Origin: a virus
Taxonomy: Duplodnaviria > Caudoviricetes
Reading direction: 5' to 3' (one strand)
IMG/VR virus record: IMGVR_UViG_3300033143_001983
Coordinates: 1-62,966 of that record
Length of the DNA: 62,966 bases
Positions 9,884 through 20,900 of the stretch are shown in pieces. Below the pieces are notes generated by a model, which worked only from the letters and a program-made list of their open reading frames with translations, did not search any database and had not been told where the DNA came from. Position numbers and translations under genes: made by a program. Position 1 is the stretch's first letter, and each line of letters starts with the position of its first letter.

Positions 9884-11179
9884 ATGGCTAATGAAGTCGC
9901 TACGCTAAACGGTCTTTATAAAGATCAATACGCTAACAAAGTAAAGGATTTAGTTCCTGATCATGTAAAATTGTACAATGCAGTTAATTTTGACGCATCT
10001 AAAAAACAAGGTAACTCTTATATCGAACCTGTAATCCTTTCATTAGAAAGTGGTATTACTTATGGTGGATCTGATGGATCTTTATTTGCACTAAACGCAG
10101 CTAAAGAATTTAAGATGCAACCTGCTTCTGTAAAAGCTAGAGAGCTTGTTCTTAGATCAGCTATCTCTATCGGAGCATTAAACAGATCTGCTTCTGGTGA
10201 GCAATCAATCGAAAAAGCAATGGATCTTATGATCGGTAACATGCTTAAATCAATCTACCACAGACTTGAAGTTCAAATGTTCTACGGTCAGTCTGGTATT
10301 GGTGTTGTTAAGACATTAAACCAAACAACTGGTGCTACAAAAGTTCTAGAAATTGAAGACGCTGAATGGGCTGCTGGTTTATGGAATGGTACAACTGGTG
10401 CTGAAATTGAAATTTTTGATACAGCTTTAGCTGGAAAGTCTATTTCAGATCCTATTCAAATTGATGGGTATAACCTTAAAAATAAAACTATAACTATTTC
10501 ATTAGTTAGCGGTGGTAACTTTGTTACAACTGGTGACGATGTTGCTGCTACAGACGTTATCTTTTTCAAAGGTGCTGCTGTTGCAAACGCTACTCCATCT
10601 TTAGTAGTTAAAAATGAGTTCTTAGGAGTTCACGGTATCTCTGAAGAAACAACTTCACTTTTTGGTATCTCTAACGCAACTGAGCCACTTTTTCAAGGTT
10701 CTGTAGTTGATGTTGGTACTTCTGGTACTCCAGTTGTTCTTTCTCAATCTAAAATTGAAGAAGGTATTTCTGCAATGGTAGAAAAAGGTCTTATGGAAGA
10801 AGAAGTTTGTGTTTATGTTAACCCTAAACAATGGGATGACTTACTTTCTGAGCAAACTGCTAAGAGATCATTTGATCAATCTTACTCAAGTTCTAAAGCA
10901 CAATCTGGTGCTAGAGAGATCGAATTCTTCGGTCAAAACGGTACGATCAAAGTTAAAGCTTCTACATTTGTTAAGCAAGGATATGCTTATATCATCTGTG
11001 AAAAAGATCTTAAGAGAATTGGTTCTACTGAAGTAACATTCAAAAGACCAGACGGTAAAGAGTATTTCAGATTACTAGAAAACTCTCACGGTGTTGAAAT
11101 GAGATGTATGACTGACCAAGCGTTATTCACAGCTCGTCCAAGCTCAATCTGTCAATTAAGATATATCTTAGCTGAATAA
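9884..11179 (+). CDS. major capsid protein
   Basis: 431 aa after scaffold, AAGGAG RBS, highly biased codon use, followed by a terminator. Confidence 0.88.
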   Translation: MANEVATLNGLYKDQYANKVKDLVPDHVKLYNAVNFDASKKQGNSYIEPVILSLESGITYGGSDGSLFALNAAKEFKMQPASVKARELVLRSAISIGALNRSASGEQSIEKAMDLMIGNMLKSIYHRLEVQMFYGQSGIGVVKTLNQTTGATKVLEIEDAEWAAGLWNGTTGAEIEIFDTALAGKSISDPIQIDGYNLKNKTITISLVSGGNFVTTGDDVAATDVIFFKGAAVANATPSLVVKNEFLGVHGISEETTSLFGISNATEPLFQGSVVDVGTSGTPVVLSQSKIEEGISAMVEKGLMEEEVCVYVNPKQWDDLLSEQTAKRSFDQSYSSSKAQSGAREIEFFGQNGTIKVKASTFVKQGYAYIICEKDLKRIGSTEVTFKRPDGKEYFRLLENSHGVEMRCMTDQALFTARPSSICQLRYILAE

Positions 11180-11187
11180 TAATTAAT

Positions 11188-11211
11188 GGACCGGGTAATT
11201 CCGGTCCTTTT
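11188..11211 (+). terminator. intrinsic terminator
   Basis: GGACCGG-gtaatt-CCGGTCC-TTTT. Confidence 0.7.
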
Positions 11212-11225
11212 AAAAAGGATTAAAT

Positions 11226-11435
11226 ATGAGAAGTTCATTAAAATTTGATGTTCAAGCTAATTTAAATAAAGATGCTGCTGAGGTTATAATTGACCTTATG
11301 GAAAAGCATAATGCCCTTGTAGCAGAGTTTAACGCTCTATTAGCTAAAATGGACGCAGACTTGGCTGATGTAACAAACGCATCTGTTGATTATGTTTCAA
11401 CTTCGGCTTCTACAAGTTCAATTAGTATTGACTAA
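11226..11435 (+). CDS. small virion protein (possible head decoration/fibre)
   Basis: 69 aa after capsid gene; FNALLAKMDAD-type helix; RBS present. Confidence 0.55.
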   Translation: MRSSLKFDVQANLNKDAAEVIIDLMEKHNALVAEFNALLAKMDADLADVTNASVDYVSTSASTSSISID

Positions 11436-11458
11436 TCAAGACAATTTACAATAAAAAT

Positions 11459-11485
11459 ACCCTCGGCATAGTTCGGGGGTTTTTT
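11459..11485 (+). terminator. intrinsic terminator
   Basis: ACCCTCGG-catagt-TCGGGGGT followed by T-run. Confidence 0.8.
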
Positions 11486-11488
11486 GTT

Positions 11489-11577
11489 TAAGCTCTTGTT
11501 TTTACTAGCAACTATAAAGATTTATCATTGGTAATCCATCAAATTTAACAACTATATATAGAGGTGTTTTACATCTT
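11489..11577 (+). promoter_or_regulatory. putative late promoter 4
   Basis: TAAgctcTTGTTT at 11489; TTAACAACTATATATA at 11545-11560; AGGTGT-ttt-ACATCT hairpin. Confidence 0.7.
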
Positions 11578-11596
11578 TGTGTGAATAGGAGATATA

Positions 11597-12112
11597 ATGT
11601 CAAGCGTAAGAATTCTCGGAGATGAGATCTATAATTACCCAGATACCGGGGATATAAACTACGGTGAAGAAGCCTCTGGATGGGTAGAGGGTGCTACAGA
11701 CATCTTAGGTGAAGTAAGTGGACCGGGAGATATACCTACAACAGAAGTAACCTTAGAAGGGACCAATACAGGAACTCACATAGAAGGTGATATTACAAAT
11801 ATGGTTTTCAATACCGCATTTGTCCAAAGTATAAGCATAACAGGATTTATTAAAAGAACATACACAGATGCAACTCCAGATATGGTAGAGGAATTTACTA
11901 TTAGAGGAGCATATAACGGAACTGTAATTAACTTTTCTGTAGACTATGCTGGAGATGATACAGAATTTGAATTCAGCACAAATGGTGGACAGTTTAAGTT
12001 TAAATACTTAGAAGTACATCCAGATCAAGTAACAGCAGGACCAGCATTAAATGATGCAGTAACAATCAAATACTCGGCAAAAGCGAAGGTCGATGAGAGC
12101 TTTTTTGCTTAA
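11597..12112 (+). CDS. virion structural protein
   Basis: 171 aa, beta-rich acidic, first gene of fibre block, AGGAG RBS. Confidence 0.7.
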   Translation: MSSVRILGDEIYNYPDTGDINYGEEASGWVEGATDILGEVSGPGDIPTTEVTLEGTNTGTHIEGDITNMVFNTAFVQSISITGFIKRTYTDATPDMVEEFTIRGAYNGTVINFSVDYAGDDTEFEFSTNGGQFKFKYLEVHPDQVTAGPALNDAVTIKYSAKAKVDESFFA

Positions 12113-12176
12113 TAACAAATAACTTAGTAGCGTCCTAAATGGACGGAACCGTAACAGGGGATTTAAGGAGAAACAA

Positions 12177-15100
12177 GTGACTATAAAATCAAGAAAATTT
12201 AATAAAGGGATTCGTCTAAAAGCAACTGATGATGCCGCCACATTAGATGGTGAAATCCGTAATGATAAAACAAATAAAAGAACTAAAGTATATCACGATA
12301 CTGATGGGGTAGATGCTGCTGGTGAGAAAGAACTAGTAACCACAGACAATACTCAAACAATGAGTAATAAAACAATTGACGCAACCGATGCAACTGGTAC
12401 TGGAAGTATCAGCACAGACGCTTCAGATGCTACGTTTGACGACACTGTAGGACTTCCTCCTGCACTTGGCGCAACTACCGTACAAACTGCATTAGACGCA
12501 GTTAAAGTCCTCATAGAAGGGCAAAATGAAGCTGATGAGATCACTTATAATCCTGCTGGAAACCCAGAAACAACCGCAACAGAAGTACAAACAGCTTTAG
12601 ACGATACTGGTACTGCTTCTCAAGCAGCTCAAGACACGGCTGATGACCATATATCTGATACTTCAGGCGCTCACTTGTCTTCTGCTATTAGTTATGATCC
12701 TACTAATAATCCACAAACTTCAAACACAGTACTACAAACCGCTTTAGATGAGACAGGAACTGCACTTGAGACGCATATAAATGACGCAACCGGAGCACAC
12801 GCTGCTACAGCCGTTTCATATAGTAACGCTACTTCAGGACTAACTGCAACAGAGACACAAGCTGCCATAGATGAAGTAGAAGGTAGAGTAGACTCTGCCG
12901 AAACTGCTACCTCAGACCACTTAGCTGACACTGTAGACGCTCACGATGCTTCCGCTATATCTTTTGATAATGTAGCATCAGGACTTACTGCAACTGAAAC
13001 TCAAGCAGCAATTGATGAAGTAGAAGGTAGATTAGATACTACTGAAACAGTAGCTACTAGTACGGCTTCTGATTTAACAAATCACACTAATGGAACTTCT
13101 TTAAAACATGATGCTGATGCGATAATAAATGTACCATCAGGAGAATTAACTGCTACTGATGTACAAGCTGCATTAAATGAGTTACAAACACATATTGATA
13201 CAAACGAAACTCCTACAACTACAGAAGGTGACGTAGTATTTAGAGGAGAAACCGTAGACGAAAGATTAGCCATTGGTACAGAAGATCAAGTACTAACTGC
13301 TAAACCGGGAGCTGGTGAGTTTACTACATCTGCTGGACCTACATACGGCACTACAGATGGAACTTTTACACTTTTAGGAGTAGGACTTACTGCAACTAAT
13401 AACGGGTCTGGAACCTATACAGATATATCAGTAACAACCGCTGGCGGTGGAAATTATACAGGAGGTTTCATTACTGGAGCATCTGGATTTTCACTTGGCG
13501 AAACTGTTGTAATAGATACTATAGGTGGAACTCCTGCCGACACAAGTAAGGCAACTTTCACATTCTCAGCAGGAGCTTTAATTCCCTTATGGAATGATAC
13601 TGCTGCCGGTTCTGTAACATATGATCCGTCTGGATCTAATCTTGTTGCAACCAACACACAATCAGCTATAGATGAACTAGACTTTGATACAAGTACAAAT
13701 ACAACAAACTTAAGTAACCACACAGGAGCGCCAACTGGAGCACATACAGCTTCGGCTATAACTAATGTACCTTCTGGTAATCTAACATCTACGGATGTGC
13801 AATCCGCATTAAATGAACTTCAAACAGAATTAGACAGTGCTGGCGGTGGCGGTGTTTCTGCTACTACAGTTACTGATCAAACAGAAGCAACTGCTTATTC
13901 GCCTACAGAAGGTGATGTTTTACTTGTTGTCAGTCCGGGAACAGCTTTGACTTTTACTCAGGCTATTACAGGAGTTACTATTATAAGTGATGATAATCAG
14001 CTCCATGTTTTTAGTGGAATTTTAACTAAATGTTCAGTAAAAGTAAGAGCTGCTATTACTTATGATTCAATTGATAGTAATATTACAGCACTAACATCAC
14101 TTTACTTTAAAAGTGTCACTAATTCTTCTATTAGAGCTAATAATTTATATATGCGTAATTTCATAGGAGGATCTACTACATTATTTAGAAGTGATCTAAA
14201 ATCTACAACTCTTGTTTTAGATACTGCTACTACCGTAGATATAACCAATTCAGAAATATCGGTTGGAACCCTTGACATTCAACCTGCTATATCTTCTACT
14301 ATAACATTTAGCGGATCAAATGTTACAATATCAAATACTCTTTTACAAAGCTCAACTCTAGATATAATCTTTAACTGTACATCAACGATCCATACATTTG
14401 CTGGAACTGGACCCGGTAATTTTTCATTTAATGGATATTCTGAGATTTCAAATTGGACAAATACAGGTACTACTTTACTTTTAGTAGATGATAATGCTCA
14501 TGTAAAAATAGCAAAAGCTTCTGTTGACATTACTGGAACTGGAATCAAAGCTGGCGATAAAGACGTAGTACTACATAATAATAGAGAAACTAAAAGTGTA
14601 TATGATAAAGAAGTTATTAATTACCTAGTAGGTGATGATTCTAACTTTGAAACTAGTGTTGGAAACTGGGTTTCTACTGATCCAACAAACGTACCAATAT
14701 CAATAGCCGGAGCTGTACTACGAGGTGGTGCATCTATGACAATGTTAAAAGGAGCCGCAGATTATTCTGGAGAATATATATCAGTACCTTTTACAATTGA
14801 TCCGGCTGACTTAGCTAAGAAATTAATTATCAGTTTTGATCATGACTTTTCTGACAAAATAGTATATAACACTTTAGCTATGGACATAATTCAAGACCCT
14901 TCTGGAACTCCTATAACTATTACACCTAATGGTTCTGAACTCCCTGCTGGTAAAGGTACTCATTACGCTCAATTTCAAACTGATGCTACTGAATTAGATT
15001 ACGAATTAAGAATTAGACTAACTGATGCTAATAATAAGTTGTATACAGCAGTTTTTGACAATATAGTTATTACTCCACAGGTAATTACTCATGGGACTAT

Positions 15101-16439
15101 TGTTACTGATTGGGAAGATTACACTCCTATATTTTATCCAGATACTGGTACTATAACAAATCATGTAATGACAGGTAAATATCGAAGAGTTGGAGATTCT
15201 TTAGAGATACAAGCTAGATTAGCTTTTTCTGGAGCGCAAGGAACATGGAATACATTGAACTTATCAATGCCAAGTGGACTTTCTATCGATGCATCAAAAG
15301 TTGTTAGTACAACATCTGGAGAAGGAGATCTCGGTTCTGGTAAAGTTAGCGGAGTAGATGCTACTGATACAGACGTTAATTATTTAATACCTACTGCTGT
15401 TAGACCTAGAAGAAAATTTATTAGCGGAGCTGTTATACTTGCTGCTGATTTTACTTCAGTTACACTAACGTCAGGTAGTGCATTAGATTTACAATATACA
15501 GTACCAATCCAAGGCTGGAGCAGCAATGCTAAAATGAGCGAGACGTTCTCGGGTAGAAGTGTATTTTTTACATCATATCTGGGGGGAGCTGCAAACCACA
15601 CAACTCTTGGAGGTTTTGAGAAAGTATTAATAGATACAGTAGTAACAGATACCACGGCTTCATGGGACGCTACTAATAAATACTTTGTCATTCCAGAAAG
15701 CGGCACATACGCAGTAAATGCAAGCATTGGGTTTGCATCAATCGGAATAAATAGTATTGGTGTTGCTGGTATATCTATTAACGGGGTAGATACTACAGCT
15801 ATAGGAACTACCGTAGTAGGTGGTAATACTGGAGGGGTAAGATCAAACCTAACAGAGACTTTTAGTTTAAATAAAGGTGACACCATTGCGCTAAACGGCT
15901 TTCAAGATGAATCTACATCTGAAGCATATACTGCAAATAGAAGTAGTTCATACTTAACCATTACCAAAATTGCATCACCGCAAACAATTCTCGAAAACGA
16001 AACAGTAGCGGCACGGTATATTAATAGTGTAGGTCAAACAATTGGAGATGGTGCATATGAAGTTGTTGATTTTGGAGAACTTACTAAAGGATTTGATACA
16101 CATAATGCAGTAACTACAGGAGTTGCTTGGAAATTTACTGCACCGATAACTGGACTTTATAGAGTATCCTCTAAAGTCGCTTTTAATAATGGTAGTTTTG
16201 CTGCTGGAGTTGTTGTAGCAACGTCTTTATTTAAAAATGGAGCAGCTTACAATAGAGAATGTGTTGTATTCTCAGAAACTACTGGGTCTAGAGAATATCA
16301 GTTAGTTGGATCTGATATGGTACAATTAAATAAAGGAGAATACATAGACATTAGAGTGTTCCAAAATACAGGAACAGATAGGTTTTTATATTCAACTGGT
16401 AATCTTCATAACTCTATCTCAATAGAAAGGATTAAATAA
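12177..16439 (+). CDS. large tail fibre/spike protein with internal repeats and C-terminal C1q-like domains
   Basis: 1420 aa; repeated H.A.AI...SGLTATxVQAAxDEx units; two FxxPxxGxY...LNKGD/E motifs at C-terminus. Confidence 0.8.
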   Translation: MTIKSRKFNKGIRLKATDDAATLDGEIRNDKTNKRTKVYHDTDGVDAAGEKELVTTDNTQTMSNKTIDATDATGTGSISTDASDATFDDTVGLPPALGATTVQTALDAVKVLIEGQNEADEITYNPAGNPETTATEVQTALDDTGTASQAAQDTADDHISDTSGAHLSSAISYDPTNNPQTSNTVLQTALDETGTALETHINDATGAHAATAVSYSNATSGLTATETQAAIDEVEGRVDSAETATSDHLADTVDAHDASAISFDNVASGLTATETQAAIDEVEGRLDTTETVATSTASDLTNHTNGTSLKHDADAIINVPSGELTATDVQAALNELQTHIDTNETPTTTEGDVVFRGETVDERLAIGTEDQVLTAKPGAGEFTTSAGPTYGTTDGTFTLLGVGLTATNNGSGTYTDISVTTAGGGNYTGGFITGASGFSLGETVVIDTIGGTPADTSKATFTFSAGALIPLWNDTAAGSVTYDPSGSNLVATNTQSAIDELDFDTSTNTTNLSNHTGAPTGAHTASAITNVPSGNLTSTDVQSALNELQTELDSAGGGGVSATTVTDQTEATAYSPTEGDVLLVVSPGTALTFTQAITGVTIISDDNQLHVFSGILTKCSVKVRAAITYDSIDSNITALTSLYFKSVTNSSIRANNLYMRNFIGGSTTLFRSDLKSTTLVLDTATTVDITNSEISVGTLDIQPAISSTITFSGSNVTISNTLLQSSTLDIIFNCTSTIHTFAGTGPGNFSFNGYSEISNWTNTGTTLLLVDDNAHVKIAKASVDITGTGIKAGDKDVVLHNNRETKSVYDKEVINYLVGDDSNFETSVGNWVSTDPTNVPISIAGAVLRGGASMTMLKGAADYSGEYISVPFTIDPADLAKKLIISFDHDFSDKIVYNTLAMDIIQDPSGTPITITPNGSELPAGKGTHYAQFQTDATELDYELRIRLTDANNKLYTAVFDNIVITPQVITHGTIVTDWEDYTPIFYPDTGTITNHVMTGKYRRVGDSLEIQARLAFSGAQGTWNTLNLSMPSGLSIDASKVVSTTSGEGDLGSGKVSGVDATDTDVNYLIPTAVRPRRKFISGAVILAADFTSVTLTSGSALDLQYTVPIQGWSSNAKMSETFSGRSVFFTSYLGGAANHTTLGGFEKVLIDTVVTDTTASWDATNKYFVIPESGTYAVNASIGFASIGINSIGVAGISINGVDTTAIGTTVVGGNTGGVRSNLTETFSLNKGDTIALNGFQDESTSEAYTANRSSSYLTITKIASPQTILENETVAARYINSVGQTIGDGAYEVVDFGELTKGFDTHNAVTTGVAWKFTAPITGLYRVSSKVAFNNGSFAAGVVVATSLFKNGAAYNRECVVFSETTGSREYQLVGSDMVQLNKGEYIDIRVFQNTGTDRFLYSTGNLHNSISIERIK

Positions 16440-16597
16440 TGCTCAGCATCTTAAAATGTCGACGAAGCTCAATGGCACTACTAGGAATGATAATTCTAGG
16501 AGCAGGACTATTTAACGGAGTAGATACTAGTGGAGCAATCGCTATGATATCTATCGGATTAAGTGGTGCAAATGCTTACGAGAAGAAAGTTAAATAA
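16439..16597 (+). CDS. small two-TM membrane protein, holin-like (52 aa, not in ORF track)
   Basis: MLSILKCRRSSMALLGMIILGAGLF...AIAMISIGLSGANAYEKKVK; TAATG coupling at both ends. Confidence 0.55.
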   Translation: MLSILKCRRSSMALLGMIILGAGLFNGVDTSGAIAMISIGLSGANAYEKKVK

Positions 16598-16875
16598 TGA
16601 ACGACGAGAAGAAAGCCATTGAAGCACTTAGAAAACTAGCATCATATAAGCTTGAGAAATCTGGCGTAAATAAGAAGCTTGAAGATAAGGCGAAATTGAA
16701 GCTAGGTAGTCTTGGAATTAGCCCAGAAAGTGCTGCAAAATCAGCCGCACTTATGAAGATAATTACAGATGCTTCTCAAGGAAAGATGGGACATGATTTC
16801 GGTGACTTCGATGTAGAAGGGCAAATCACTCCAGAAGAAAGAAGAGTAAGATTAGGATGGAATAAAAGATTTTAA
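16597..16875 (+). CDS. hypothetical protein
   Basis: 92 aa, coupled to upstream gene. Confidence 0.7.
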   Translation: MNDEKKAIEALRKLASYKLEKSGVNKKLEDKAKLKLGSLGISPESAAKSAALMKIITDASQGKMGHDFGDFDVEGQITPEERRVRLGWNKRF

Positions 16876-16881
16876 AATGTG

Positions 16882-16910
16882 TTGACTAAATAAATAATGT
16901 TTGGTATATT
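16882..16910 (+). promoter_or_regulatory. sigma70-like promoter with extended -10
   Basis: TTGACT-17 nt-TATATT with TG at -15/-14. Confidence 0.6.
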
Positions 16911-16936
16911 ACAAGATACAACATAAAAGAAGAATA

Positions 16937-17809
16937 ATGACAGCTAAAAAGAACGATTTAAGAAATGTAAAACAAACACAATTCGACAGAGCGCAAGTCC
17001 TAAAAGGATCTTTCTCAGAACTGAACTCTGGACTTAGAACTGTTCCAACAAATGCAATTCTTAGAGATGTTTATACTCACTTTAGTCAAACTGTAAATGC
17101 TGGCGGTCAACCAACAGATGTTACATATTATCAAGCTAATGTAACTGCTATAGATCAGATTACTTTTACTGCTGATGTATCTCAAAGTTTAGCCGGAACC
17201 TATATAGTTCTGGAAGAATTCTTGACTAAAAAGACACATGTATTCTACTATGTAGTAAGTGGCTCAGGAACAGCTCCCGGAGTTGGAGACATTGAAACGG
17301 CTATAAACATTGCCACAAATGATCCAGCCTCAGTTGTGTGTTATTCTACTAAACTAGTATTGGATACTGTCGAAGATTTCACGGTAACTGCTAAGAACCT
17401 AGTAGCTAACAATCTAACTCTAGAATATTATCAATTTGGAGAAACTTCGGCAATTGATACTGGAACTACTGGATTCTTCGTAACAAGAATTCAAGAAGGT
17501 GATAGTAAAGAAGTAGGCTCTGTAAGCATCACATATACGGCTGAAGGCGATCCAATATATAATGGCAATACTCTTAAGGGTCTTATATATAACCCTTATA
17601 CAGCCAGTTTTGAGTCCTCTGGTAGCGCAGCAAATGGTAGCATCCTTTACGGGGTAAAATACGACTATTTCACTACAACTCTACCATCGTCAACTCAAAC
17701 TGCATATACATATAAATTTGGAGGAGCATCTGGAGCTACAGTAGCGGTTGTTACAGTAACATTTACTGATTCTTCTAAATGCGAAATTCTAACTGTGGAG
17801 AAAACATAA
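16937..17809 (+). CDS. tail-associated structural protein
   Basis: ATG 16937 preferred because TTG 16901 lies inside the promoter; carries a domain also repeated in the 23743 protein. Confidence 0.7.
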   Translation: MTAKKNDLRNVKQTQFDRAQVLKGSFSELNSGLRTVPTNAILRDVYTHFSQTVNAGGQPTDVTYYQANVTAIDQITFTADVSQSLAGTYIVLEEFLTKKTHVFYYVVSGSGTAPGVGDIETAINIATNDPASVVCYSTKLVLDTVEDFTVTAKNLVANNLTLEYYQFGETSAIDTGTTGFFVTRIQEGDSKEVGSVSITYTAEGDPIYNGNTLKGLIYNPYTASFESSGSAANGSILYGVKYDYFTTTLPSSTQTAYTYKFGGASGATVAVVTVTFTDSSKCEILTVEKT

Positions 17810-17810
17810 T

Positions 17811-17984
17811 ATGGACATATATGATCCCCTAACAGGTAAAATTGTTAAAGTTCCTTCTGGAGACAATATAGTTGGTGGCGGAGATGCTACTACTGCTTAT
17901 ACAGCTTGCACTACTGAAGTTGATGGTGGATGCGCTAGTAGCGTATACCTAGCTGAACAAAAGATAGATGGAGGTAATGCGTAA
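17811..17984 (+). CDS. small fibre adaptor-like protein (57 aa, not in ORF track)
   Basis: MDIYDPLTGK...VDGG...IDGGNA; TAATG coupling to fibre gene. Confidence 0.6.
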   Translation: MDIYDPLTGKIVKVPSGDNIVGGGDATTAYTACTTEVDGGCASSVYLAEQKIDGGNA

Positions 17985-20900
17985 TGGCTAAGAAATTACT
18001 ATTAAGACGAGATACTGCCGCAAATTGGACTAGTGTAGATCCTATACTAGCTGATGGTGAACCAGCCTTAGAAACTGACACAGGTAAGATGAAGATAGGT
18101 GACGGTATCAATATATGGTCAGTACTTCCATATAGATTAACTTCTGGTGAAATAAATACTGCATCTAATGTTGGAACCGCAGGAGTTGGATTATTCAAAC
18201 AAAAAATAGCCGAAGATTTAGAATTTAAAAACATAAATGCTGGCTCTAGTAAAGTAACCATTACTGATGATACAGGAAATAATGAAGTAGACGTAGATAT
18301 AGTAGAAGGTAATATTGTTCACCAAAATTTATCTGGCGCAGGGACTAATACCCATACACAAATAGACGATCATATTGCAGATGCTGATATTCATTACACT
18401 AAAGTTGATATAGGATTAACTGGTCTTACAGATAACATGCTAATAAAATCAGATGGTGCTGATAGTTTACAAGAGTCTGGTATTACAGTTTCAGATTTAG
18501 ATGAGATGGCTGGAGTTACTTTAGATGATCCGACAAATAATATTCACGCAGACGTTGTTCATTTACTTGTTAGAAATGTTACTCTATCAATAATACCAAA
18601 GGGAACTCCTGTTTATGTTAGTGGTTGGAACGCTGGACAAGATACTGTCGAAGTTGAACCAGCAGACGCAGACGCTGTTGGTGAATTTCCTGCAATTGGT
18701 CTTGCTGAAAGTGATATAGGACCAAATTCAAATGGAGAAGTTATTGCGGCTGGTGTTCTTGATAATTTTTACACCGACGATTGGACCGTTGGGGAATCGT
18801 TATATTTAAGTACAACTCCCGGAGTTCTTACAAATGTTAGACCGACAGGGACCACTACAGCCGTCCAAAATATCGCAAAAGTTTTAAGAAAACATGCAAC
18901 ATTCGGTGTTGTTTTAATTCAAGGAGCTGGTAGAGCAAATGATATCCCTAATGATATAGATCATGATACCGACTTATTAAATGTTGGAACTAATACTCAC
19001 GCTCAGATTGATTCTGCTTTAAGTTCATTAACTGGAGATCAACATACACACGCAAATAAGGCTCTCTTAGACACTTACACACAAACTGAAGCTGACATAG
19101 CCGATGCTATCTCTAAAGAGCACACACACGCTAATAAGGCGTTATTAGACACCTATACGCAGACTGAGGTAGATCTAGCTGATGCTGTTTCAAAGAAACA
19201 CACTCAAGAAACAGACTTAGGCTTAGACAGTGGAGGAACTAATCCGGTAACTGCCGCTACAATAGTAAGTCACCATAATAACACCTCAAATCCTCATACA
19301 GTTACAAAGGCTCAAGTTGGACTAACTGATGTTCAGGATATATTAAGTAATTTTGCTGCAATACTAGCTCCTACCGCAACAGACGATTCTGCTGCCGGAT
19401 ATTCAGTAGGATCTAAATGGATTGATACTGTAACTGGAGAAGTTTACCAATGTACTGACAATACTGCTACTGCTGCTGTATGGGCACAAACATCACTAGA
19501 TGCTGGAGAGCTTGATCACGATAATTTAATCAATACCCACAATTTAACAACAGATATAGATCACGACCAATTAACTAATTTTGATACAAATGAACATTTT
19601 CTTCAATCGGCTATATCTATCCCAGCTTCTCAAATAAGCGATTTTGATACTGAAGTTTCTAACAATACTGACGTAGCAGCAAATACATCAGCTAGACATA
19701 CTCAGAACTCTGATACATCTCTTGACTTTGGACAACCTAATCAAGTTACTGCTGCTGAGACTAGAACACATTTGGATGATGCTACTATTCACTATCCTCA
19801 AAGTTCAATTAGTATTCCAGCTTCTCAGATCTCTGATTTCGACACCGAAGTTAGTAACAATACTGATGTGGCGGCTAACACAAGTGCAAGACATACTCAA
19901 GGTACAGATCTAGGTTTAGATTCTGGTGGTACTAATCCAATTACTGCTGCAACTATAAAAGGTCACGTTGATGACGTAACTACTAATCCACATGTGGTTA
20001 CTGCGACTCAAGTTGGATTAGGGAATGTTCAAGACACACTTAATAATTTTACAGCGATCATAGCACCGTTAGTTACAGATGACAGTGGTTCGGGGTATTC
20101 AGTAGGTTCTAATTGGATTGACGTGGTAGCGGATAAAACTTATCACTGTGTAGATGATTCTGTAGGCGCTGCTGTTTGGATAGACATTAGTGGTAATATC
20201 GTTAGTCCTGCCTCAGTTACCAATAGAGCGTTTGCAAGTTGGACAAATGCAGGACAATTAAGAGACAATCCTACCTCATGGCTTGGACCATCGGGTGATG
20301 CTTGGTTTGAAATAGCAAATGGAGCAGAGTTTCCATTAACAATAAGAGGTTCACAGGTAGGGGCATTTGGGTCAGATCCTAAGGGTATGGATATAGAAGT
20401 TACTTCAACAGGTAACTTCGGTAGACTTACAGGAATTAAGTTAACCCATAGTCCGTCAGCAACCGTTCAGTACTCTAATGCTTTAGACTTGCATGGTACG
20501 TTTACTTCGCTATTACATCACGCAGCGGGGTCAACGGAAACTTCATTATCACCAGCCAAACTAGAACTTGAGAACTCGTCATCTGTATACGCAGGCAACA
20601 TGGTGCAGTTAGACTTAACTGGAAGCCCTGCTAATGCTAAGTTTTTACAGCTTTCCAGTGGAGATAGAATTGAATACCAAGTAGACTCTAAAGGTAATAT
20701 GTTATTATCTGGTAGTTATGTTGCTCCAAGAGCAGCACTCGGAGTATTTGAAAACTGTTGTAAATTCTCTGAAGCTATTGATGTCGGTGTAACTGCTGGT
20801 GATTGGATTAATACTAGTAGTAATTGGGTTTTATCTCCGGACAACATAGAAGGTCCAGAGGGCACTATAAACCTTGCAGATAAATTACATGCAAATGGTT

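Noticed and set aside
11160-11435. Programmed frameshift or read-through extending the capsid protein
   Set aside because: Tandem TAA TAA stops, a terminator hairpin and a separate RBS for the next gene; no slippery site before the stop
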